Origin: Bacteroidales bacterium Bact_23
GTDB lineage: Bacteria; Bacteroidota; Bacteroidia; Bacteroidales; Lentimicrobiaceae
Length of the DNA stretch: 43,585 bases
Reading direction: 5' to 3'
Assembly: GCA_001603685.1 (NCBI GenBank)
Contig: LUZO01000043.1
Span: 1-43,585, forward strand
Made by a program: the position numbers and the translations under genes. Each line of letters begins with the position of its first letter. Positions within the stretch are counted from its first letter, which is position 1. Below the pieces are notes generated by a model. It made no database searches, was not told where the DNA came from, and worked only from the letters and a program-made list of their open reading frames with translations. Below, in pieces: positions 36,367-43,585 of this stretch.

Positions 36367-38955
36367 ATGAATCTGAACAATTTTACCATAAAATCACAAC
36401 AGGCCATTCAGGCGGCAGGCGAACTGGCTGCCGGTCAGAATCAGCAGGCAATTGAAACTGCACATCTGCTGAAAGCGCTGATGATGACCGATGAGAACAT
36501 CGTAAACTTTCTTTTCGGTAAGCTGGGGGTAAACACCACCAACATAGGCCGCACGCTCGATGCAATGATACAGCGCTTTCCGAAAGTAAGCGGCGGTGAA
36601 CCCTATCTGGGCAATGCCGCCTCAAGGGCTTTGCAAAATGCCATTTCGGCAGCACAGGCGATGAAGGATGAGTATGTTTCCATTGAGCACATAATGCTTG
36701 GGCTGCTTTCGGCAGGTGATCAGGTTTCGGATATGCTGAAACAGGCCGGTATGAACGAAAAAGACCTGAAATCGGCCATTGCCGACCTTCGCAAAGGCTC
36801 AAAGGCAAATACCGCTTCGGCAGAAGACTCGTTCAACGCCCTGAACCGCTATGCCCTGAACCTCAACGAGCAGGCGCGAAACGGCAAGCTCGATCCGGTA
36901 ATCGGCCGTGATGAGGAGATCAGAAGGGTGCTGCAGATTCTTTCGCGACGCACCAAAAACAACCCCATTCTGATCGGAGAGCCGGGCGTAGGTAAAACCG
37001 CCATCGCCGAAGGGCTTGCACACCGCATCATCAACAGCGATGTGCCGGAAAACCTGAAAACGAAGAAGATATTCTCGCTCGATATGGGGGCTCTGATTGC
37101 CGGCGCCAAATACAAGGGCGAATTTGAAGAGAGGCTGAAAAGCGTCATCAAAGAGGTGATCGAATCCGACGGAGAGGTTATCCTGTTTATCGACGAAATC
37201 CACACCCTGGTCGGAGCCGGAGGCGGCGACGGCGCCATGGATGCCGCAAACATCCTGAAACCGGCGCTTGCCCGCGGCGAACTTCGCGCCATAGGAGCAA
37301 CCACGCTGAATGAATATCAGAAGTACTTTGAAAAGGACAAGGCCCTCGAGCGCCGTTTCCAGATCGTAATGATTGACGAACCGGATACGCTGAGCGCCAT
37401 CTCCATCCTTCGGGGACTTAAGGAGCGTTACGAAACCCACCATCAGGTGAGAATCAAGGACGAAGCCATCATCAGCGCCGTGGAACTGTCGCACCGTTAC
37501 ATCAGCGACAGATTCCTTCCCGACAAGGCAATCGACCTGATTGACGAAGCCGCCGCAAGACTCAGGCTGCAGATCAATTCGGTACCAGAAGAGCTGGACG
37601 AGGTGGAACGCCACATCAAACAACTGGAGATAGAACGCGAGGCGATGAAGCGCGAAGGCGACGAACAGAGGCTGAAAGCCATCGGCAGCGAACTGGCTAA
37701 CCTGCAGGAAGAGCGGAATACCATTGCCGGAAGGTGGAAAGCCGAAAAAGAGGTGGTTGATGCCATCCAGCAGACCAAGAAATCGATTGAGCAGTACCGT
37801 TTCGAAGCCGAACGGGCCGAACGCGAAGGCGATTACGGCCGCGTAGCCGAAATCCGCTACGGACTGATAAAATCAGCAGAGCAGAAACTAAGTGAGCTGA
37901 ACAAACAGCTCGCCGAAATGCAGTCGGTTTCGGCGCTGATCAAGGAAGAGGTTGGCTCGGAAGAGATTGCCGAGGTGGTTTCGCGCTGGACGGGCATACC
38001 GGTAAACCGGATGCTGCAGAGCGAAAGAGAAAAACTGCTGAACCTGGAAGATGAACTTCACAAACGGGTAATCGGCCAGGATGAGGCGATAGAGGCCATT
38101 TCGGATGCCATCCGCCGCAGCCGTGCCGGACTGCAGGACAGCCGCCGGCCCATCGGCTCATTTATCTTTCTTGGCACAACCGGAGTAGGTAAAACCGAGC
38201 TGGCAAGGGCGCTGGCAGAGTTTCTGTTCGACGACGAAAACTCCATGGTGAGAATAGATATGTCGGAGTATCAGGAGCGGCACACCGTATCAAGGCTGAT
38301 CGGAGCGCCTCCGGGATATGTGGGCTACGACGAAGGCGGACAGCTTACCGAAAAGGTAAGGCGCAAACCATACTCGGTGGTGCTGCTCGATGAAATAGAA
38401 AAGGCTCACCCCGATGTGTTCAACATTCTGCTTCAGGTGCTTGACGACGGCCGGCTGACCGACAACAAAGGAAGGACCGCCGATTTCAGAAACACCATCA
38501 TCATCATGACTTCGAACCTCGGATCGCACATCATCAGCGAACGCACATCCGACCTCGGAGAAAAAGACAGAGAAAAGGTGTTTGAAAGCACAAAGGCAGA
38601 GGTTCTCGAACTTTTGCGAAAAACCATCCGCCCCGAATTCCTGAACCGAATTGACGAAATCATTATGTTCAGGCCGCTGACCGAGGAAGAGATCCATGGC
38701 GTAGTAAAGCTCCAGCTTGATCATCTGAAGGATATTCTTGCCGGCAACGGAATCAGCCTGAAATACACCGAAGCCGCGGCTGCACTGATAGCCGAAATGG
38801 GCTTCGACCCGCAGTATGGCGCCCGCCCCGTAAAAAGGGTAATTCAGCGCGAAGTACTGAACGAGTTGTCGAAGAAAATCCTGAAAGGCGAAGTCAGCAA
38901 AGAGGTGGATATCACCCTCGACAGAGCCGGCGACGGACTCGTTTTCAGAAACTAA
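36367..38955 (+). CDS. clpB: ATP-dependent chaperone ClpB
   Basis: 862 aa; two AAA+ modules (GEPGVGKT, GTTGVGKT), coiled-coil M domain, GAPPGYVGY. Confidence 0.97.
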   Translation: MNLNNFTIKSQQAIQAAGELAAGQNQQAIETAHLLKALMMTDENIVNFLFGKLGVNTTNIGRTLDAMIQRFPKVSGGEPYLGNAASRALQNAISAAQAMKDEYVSIEHIMLGLLSAGDQVSDMLKQAGMNEKDLKSAIADLRKGSKANTASAEDSFNALNRYALNLNEQARNGKLDPVIGRDEEIRRVLQILSRRTKNNPILIGEPGVGKTAIAEGLAHRIINSDVPENLKTKKIFSLDMGALIAGAKYKGEFEERLKSVIKEVIESDGEVILFIDEIHTLVGAGGGDGAMDAANILKPALARGELRAIGATTLNEYQKYFEKDKALERRFQIVMIDEPDTLSAISILRGLKERYETHHQVRIKDEAIISAVELSHRYISDRFLPDKAIDLIDEAAARLRLQINSVPEELDEVERHIKQLEIEREAMKREGDEQRLKAIGSELANLQEERNTIAGRWKAEKEVVDAIQQTKKSIEQYRFEAERAEREGDYGRVAEIRYGLIKSAEQKLSELNKQLAEMQSVSALIKEEVGSEEIAEVVSRWTGIPVNRMLQSEREKLLNLEDELHKRVIGQDEAIEAISDAIRRSRAGLQDSRRPIGSFIFLGTTGVGKTELARALAEFLFDDENSMVRIDMSEYQERHTVSRLIGAPPGYVGYDEGGQLTEKVRRKPYSVVLLDEIEKAHPDVFNILLQVLDDGRLTDNKGRTADFRNTIIIMTSNLGSHIISERTSDLGEKDREKVFESTKAEVLELLRKTIRPEFLNRIDEIIMFRPLTEEEIHGVVKLQLDHLKDILAGNGISLKYTEAAAALIAEMGFDPQYGARPVKRVIQREVLNELSKKILKGEVSKEVDITLDRAGDGLVFRN

Positions 38956-38960
38956 GCTTC

Positions 38961-38994
38961 AAAAAGGCTGCCTTCAAAACGGGCAGCCTTTTTT
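38961..38994. terminator. Bidirectional terminator
   Basis: AAAAAGGCTGCC ... GGCAGCCTTTTTT between the convergent clpB and dnaX. Confidence 0.85.
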
Positions 38995-40854
38995 CTATAT
39001 CTCAATATCGAGATTCAACTGGTTTTTCAGCAGAATAATATCCGGATTCTCCTCAGCCAGCCGCTGGAACTTCTCTTTTCCGGAATAAGGCATTTTGACT
39101 GTTATCGTTTGTTCTTCAACGGTAACTTCAAGGGTTATCCCCCAGTTTTTCAATTCTTTGCGCAGACGCTCCAGAATCCCCGGCCGGTTTGCAACAAGTT
39201 CTCCTTCCTGAATTTTGTTGCCCACAGCCACCTGAACCCTGTAATCGTCATTTACCTGCGGTATTCTGAATGCCATGGTATTGGACAAACTGGGCGACTC
39301 TTCTTCAAAGGAGGCCGCCACTGTTTTCCAGGCCGCCTCCAGCCTTGCCTGACTAAAAGCTTCCCGGTCCGGTGGCAGTTTCTCCCCCGCCACTCCCGCT
39401 GGCTCGCTGCTCTCTTCGGCTTTGGCTGCGCCGCCGGTTTTCATCAGATCGCCAACATTGATGCCGGTAAATGAACTTTTCTTTTCAGCCGGTTTTTTCT
39501 CTTCTTCTGCCGGTTTCTGATAAGTTGTTTCCGGCTCGGCTGCCCGGTTTGCCGGCTGTGGTTCCGGCACCGGAACCGGCTGCTGAATGGGTATCACCGG
39601 TGTTGGCTCCGCTTTTGCCTGAGGCTCAACCGGAGGCTGAGGCCGAACCTGAGCAGGGGGCTGTACGGGTTGCTGTGCCGGTGGCTGAGCAGCAGTTGCC
39701 GGCTTTTCAGGCATTTTGGCCGCGACGGGCGCTGCTGCCGGATTGGACGGCGGCTGAATCGGCGAAGCCAGATTGCAAAGCTGCAGCATAGCAATTTCAA
39801 GGTGAAGCCGCTTGTTGTTGCTGATCTTATAGTTCAGGTCGCACTCGTTGGTTATGGTGAGTGCCTTCAGCAGAAAAGCGGGATGGCACGATTGAGACTG
39901 CTGAAGATAGAGGTTACGGATGTTTGCACTGGTTTCGAGCAGGTTAACCGTTTCAGGATCACGGCTTACCAGCAGGTTGCGGAAATGCTCGCCCAGTCCC
40001 GTAACAAAGTGCTGGCCGTCGAAACCATTGTCGAGCACCTCATTTACAAGCAACAGCGTCTGGCTCACATCGCCCTGAAGAATGTAACTGGTGACTTTGA
40101 AATAATAGTCGTAATCAAGCACATTCAGGTTTTCGATCACCTGGCTGTAGGTAAGCTCATTTCCGGCAAAACTTACCAGCTGATCGAACATGGAGAGGGC
40201 ATCGCGCAGACCGCCATCCGCTTTCTGAGCTATGATGTGGAGCGCATCCGGATCGGCTGTAACCTGCTCGCTCTCAGCCACCCAGGCAAGGTGATGGGCG
40301 ATATCCTCCACCCCTATCCTGCGGAAATCGAACACCTGGCAACGCGAAAGAATGGTGGGCAGAATTTTATGCTTCTCCGTAGTGGCAAGAATGAACTTGG
40401 CATAAGCGGGCGGCTCTTCCAGCGTTTTCAGAAACGCATTGAAGGCTGCCGTTGACAACATGTGCACCTCATCGATGATATATACCTTGTATTTTCCCGT
40501 TTGCGGCGGAATGCGCACCTGCTCAACCAGGCTGCGGATATCGTCAACCGAATTGTTCGAAGCGGCATCAAGTTCGTAAATATTGAATGAAGAGGATTTA
40601 TTGAACGATACGCACGATTCGCACTGATTGCAGGCTTCGCCTTCGGGTGTCAGAGCCGTGCAGTTAATGGTCTTGGCCATGATACGGGCGCAGGTGGTCT
40701 TCCCTACCCCCCGCGGACCGGTAAATAAAAATGCCTGTGCAATCTGGTTGTTGCGGATTGCATTCTTCAGGGTATTGGTAATCGACGGCTGTCCGATAAC
40801 GGTGGCAAAGGAAGCCGGGCGGTATTTTCGGGCTGATACAATAAAATTATCCAT
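38995..40854 (-). CDS. dnaX: DNA polymerase III subunit gamma/tau
   Basis: Start ATG 40854 (SARKYRP); GPRGVGKTT, zinc Cys, ELDAASN, IDEVHML, KTLEEPP; Pro/Gln/Ala linker; TAAGTTTG -7 box at 40882-40889. Confidence 0.95.
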   Translation of the reverse strand: MDNFIVSARKYRPASFATVIGQPSITNTLKNAIRNNQIAQAFLFTGPRGVGKTTCARIMAKTINCTALTPEGEACNQCESCVSFNKSSSFNIYELDAASNNSVDDIRSLVEQVRIPPQTGKYKVYIIDEVHMLSTAAFNAFLKTLEEPPAYAKFILATTEKHKILPTILSRCQVFDFRRIGVEDIAHHLAWVAESEQVTADPDALHIIAQKADGGLRDALSMFDQLVSFAGNELTYSQVIENLNVLDYDYYFKVTSYILQGDVSQTLLLVNEVLDNGFDGQHFVTGLGEHFRNLLVSRDPETVNLLETSANIRNLYLQQSQSCHPAFLLKALTITNECDLNYKISNNKRLHLEIAMLQLCNLASPIQPPSNPAAAPVAAKMPEKPATAAQPPAQQPVQPPAQVRPQPPVEPQAKAEPTPVIPIQQPVPVPEPQPANRAAEPETTYQKPAEEEKKPAEKKSSFTGINVGDLMKTGGAAKAEESSEPAGVAGEKLPPDREAFSQARLEAAWKTVAASFEEESPSLSNTMAFRIPQVNDDYRVQVAVGNKIQEGELVANRPGILERLRKELKNWGITLEVTVEEQTITVKMPYSGKEKFQRLAEENPDIILLKNQLNLDIEI

Positions 40855-41043
40855 TGCGGCCAATTGCTGTTTTTGGGAGGTCAAACTTACAGGAAAATTC
40901 AATTGCCCTGACAGCAATTCCCGATTTTGGACGCTTTTTCAGGCAGTTTTTATAAACAGCAGATTAGAAGAGGCTAAAACACAACAAATGAAGTATTCCG
41001 CTCCGTCTGTTACTAAAACCGCTTGTCTGGTAAAACCGGTTTA

Positions 41044-43107
41044 TCAAAGCTTTATATCCTGGGGGCTGGTTATTTCAATCAGGTTGGCGGATTCTTTAAA
41101 ATCAACCCCGGCCAATGGGTCATATTCTTTGAACTTATCAAATGCAAGTCCTGTCAGGCTGGCTATTTTCTGTATAGGCAACTGATAAGTTTTAAACTGC
41201 CCGAAGCCATCTTCCCGTATTCCTTCTGCTATTCTGAAATCTTCAATATTATCAGGTTGTTTTAGCATATAACCGGTTACCGACGGCTCCCCGTTTTCCT
41301 TGATTACTGCAGCCACTTTCCAGAACTCCAGCGGCAAAAGCACGCCACGGTAGGGAATATCATCCTCGCTAAAAACGGGGCCGGTAAATACGGAAACCTT
41401 AACTCCTTCCTTTCCGGCATTTTTCAGGATATAATCTTCCAGGCTAAGCCAGGTTTTCCGGTTAAGGTTCATATGCTGCGGAGCAGAGTTCGTAAAATGG
41501 AAGGTATCATCATTTGCAGCATCCGCATTGGCACCCCAAACCGGATCGAGTCTCCGTACCATATGGCCACGGTCCAGATCGTTTTTATCATACACCTCCG
41601 GCCCGGTCTGGTATTTCTCATCCATTCTCGGATCAAGAATCCATTTTGTATTTTCCCGTTTATTGCTTTCCAGCTTCTCTCCATGGATATTCACCGCCGT
41701 CAGGACACATAATTTACGGTGTTTATGAATGGCTACTGAAAAATTGAAGTAGTGTAAGAGATGCTTATTCTTTGATGTCGGGTTACAGATCGGGGCTAAA
41801 ACATCTGCCTGCTTTTTTACCAGGTCTTCAATCTTTATCCTGAATTTGGATGTTTTAACAAAGCTTGCATCGTAACCCTTGCGGTCGCCATACTTCTGAT
41901 TCACTGCAGGATCAATTGTGTAGGAGGTTTTCTGTTCTTCTTCAATTGCCGTAAAATTGCCTGCACTTAACTGCAGTCCGCTTCCCAACCCAACCGAGAT
42001 TTCCAGAGGTATGTGAAATGTAATTTTGTTGTTAATTATGGATATAAGTTTCCTGCCATCAATATTTTTCGGGTCAAAAATCAGCGACTGTCCCGACACT
42101 GTATCGTCAGCCTTAAAGGCCGGCAGTGTAAATATCTCATTTACAAGACTATTTGGCATATTATTGCTTTTTAAATCCGCCAGAATGGCACTAATATTTA
42201 TTCCTTCGTTCGAAATCCAATCAATAAATGAATCATCCATGCCTGGCTGAAAAACACCCCCGTCCTTGCATAAATAGTTACCGTTGTCATCCTTTTTAGG
42301 AACACCGCTATGGTGCAGCGCCACTACCTGCCACTGATCATTAAACACGGGCGAACCGGACGACCCCTGAGCAGTATCAGTCATATAGGTAATATAGTTC
42401 TCATCTTTGGTTAAAACCTCATTTTCCCTGATGGCTATTTGTTTATAACCGCCACCCGGATGCTGGATTATGGAAACAAACTCAGAAACCACAACTGTAT
42501 TCCGTTCTTCAGAAAGCTTCAAATATCCAAACTCACTGATGCTCCGATTTCTGGTTTTCGAGGTAGATTTAATTGCAACAACAGTGTAATCAAGTTCTGC
42601 ATTTGTGTAGAAGTACTTTTCCGGATCAAGATCGAATAATATGCTGGTTGCTGGGGTTCCCTTCAGGTTATATTCATAATTGAACTCGGCAAAACTGTTC
42701 GCTGCAGACCCGCTATCCGCAAGTATATGGTTATTTGTCAGTAATAAATCAGGAGTTATCAAAAAGCCGGTGCCATACCCTTCATTACCTCCTTTAATGT
42801 TTTTAACATGTATTCTGCAAACAGCTCTGGAAGCTATATAACCCAATGTCAGGTAATTAATGCTCACCAAATCATTATTGCCGATAATTCTCTCTTTTGC
42901 AAAATCAAAAGGTTCGGCTTTGTTTACCGAAAGAGTGCCTAACCTTTCATTTAGATTTCTTTCTCTTTCCTCCTTCTTTAACTTTTCTTCCTTCTTTTGT
43001 GCTTCCAACGAACTGTCGGTTGCCGTTTTTTCGGTAAAAGCCATCCTTTCTATTGGACTTTGACGCCTTTCCGTCTTTTCAATAAAATCCAGATTAAATA
43101 GTTTCAT
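41044..43107 (-). CDS. Trypsin-like serine protease fused to a DNA/RNA non-specific (NucA/EndoG-type) endonuclease
   Basis: GTGFLI, LTNNH, LDY, GSSGSPV (His-Asp-Ser triad); C-terminal DRGHM, NSAPQ..LN..W..LE, P.EFWKV; no signal peptide. Confidence 0.88.
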   Translation of the reverse strand: MKLFNLDFIEKTERRQSPIERMAFTEKTATDSSLEAQKKEEKLKKEERERNLNERLGTLSVNKAEPFDFAKERIIGNNDLVSINYLTLGYIASRAVCRIHVKNIKGGNEGYGTGFLITPDLLLTNNHILADSGSAANSFAEFNYEYNLKGTPATSILFDLDPEKYFYTNAELDYTVVAIKSTSKTRNRSISEFGYLKLSEERNTVVVSEFVSIIQHPGGGYKQIAIRENEVLTKDENYITYMTDTAQGSSGSPVFNDQWQVVALHHSGVPKKDDNGNYLCKDGGVFQPGMDDSFIDWISNEGINISAILADLKSNNMPNSLVNEIFTLPAFKADDTVSGQSLIFDPKNIDGRKLISIINNKITFHIPLEISVGLGSGLQLSAGNFTAIEEEQKTSYTIDPAVNQKYGDRKGYDASFVKTSKFRIKIEDLVKKQADVLAPICNPTSKNKHLLHYFNFSVAIHKHRKLCVLTAVNIHGEKLESNKRENTKWILDPRMDEKYQTGPEVYDKNDLDRGHMVRRLDPVWGANADAANDDTFHFTNSAPQHMNLNRKTWLSLEDYILKNAGKEGVKVSVFTGPVFSEDDIPYRGVLLPLEFWKVAAVIKENGEPSVTGYMLKQPDNIEDFRIAEGIREDGFGQFKTYQLPIQKIASLTGLAFDKFKEYDPLAGVDFKESANLIEITSPQDIKL

Positions 43108-43440
43108 ATCTCTTTGAATTAAAATAAGTTAACTGATTAACTTTAATTTCACAGGAATTTCCGGCAATGACCAATAACATTTCACCAGAATGCGATACTC
43201 ATATTTGATGATCTGCCTTCAGTCAGATTGCCATATTCATTAACAAGAATTATGGAAGTCGGTTTATAGTTAACAATAGAACAAAGGCAGTTTTTCAGTT
43301 TATTGACAGTACCAAATGTACTGAATATATTTTTAACATCATTGCATTCCAGAGCTATCAGGGATTAAATCCTTGCACTTCATTCATTTCACCGAACAAA
43401 ATTTCTGAAGTAGGCTGAAATGGTTTCTTTTTTTATGCAT

Positions 43441-43584
43441 CTAATCAAATATCCTATCCTTGCCTATCATATCCTTAATGTTCTCAGTATGCCTGGTTTG
43501 AATTTCTTTGTTGGCCCCATTTTCAACGGCCTTTTGTAAAACACTCAGCATTTCTTCTTTATATGAATAATGGATTGGCTCATT
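43441..43584 (-). CDS. Probable 3' end of an upstream gene (partial, function unknown)
   Basis: Open minus-strand frame from the window edge: NEPIHYSYKEEMLSVLQKAVENGANKEIQTRHTENIKDMIGKDRIFD-stop (TAG at 43443-43441). Confidence 0.45.
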   Translation of the reverse strand, partial: NEPIHYSYKEEMLSVLQKAVENGANKEIQTRHTENIKDMIGKDRIFD

Positions 43585-43585
43585 A

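Noticed and set aside
39485-39505. Programmed -1 frameshift site in dnaX
   Set aside because: Reads GAG AAA AAA CCG, not an in-frame A AAA AAG heptamer
1-43585. CRISPR arrays, tRNA/rRNA genes, IS elements
   Set aside because: No regularly spaced repeats, cloverleaf or rRNA signatures, transposases or terminal inverted repeats recognised by eye

Overview
A gene-dense chromosomal window from an anaerobic Bacteroidota (Bacteroidales-like) organism, inferred from TAnnTTTG promoter boxes, T9SS type A and type B C-terminal domains and the gene content. Housekeeping and fermentation genes (sppA, 5-formyl-THF cyclo-ligase, e(P4) phosphatase, PFOR plus a DHODH-like gene, aminotransferase, two UDP-sugar dehydrogenases, ppa, clpB, dnaX) flank a ~16 kb [FeFe]-hydrogenase locus (17.2-33.6 kb). 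The locus has two divergent operons separated by tandem Rex-like boxes. Leftward: a 2Fe-2S ferredoxin, a hydrogenase-like PAS sensor, a SpoIIE/PP2C phosphatase and an OsmC protein. Rightward: HydC-HydB-HydA, a hydrogenase-like domain fused to a histidine kinase, a receiver-only protein, a REC-histidine kinase, Rex, a RibF with a degenerate kinase half and a PhnP-like hydrolase, then hydG and two small TM1266-like proteins. None of the three H-cluster-domain proteins has the canonical TSCCP motif, so the locus may be an H2/redox signalling hub rather than a plain metabolic hydrogenase. Other notable items are a cytoplasmic trypsin-like protease-endonuclease fusion in an AT-richer stretch at the right end (candidate defence effector), a T9SS protein with apparently interleaved PKD and carboxypeptidase-regulatory domains, a sigma54-like promoter with phased repeats before clpB, and an XRE-HTH gene remnant. 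No rRNA, tRNA, CRISPR array or transposase was recognised. All calls come from manual motif reading; no searches were run.
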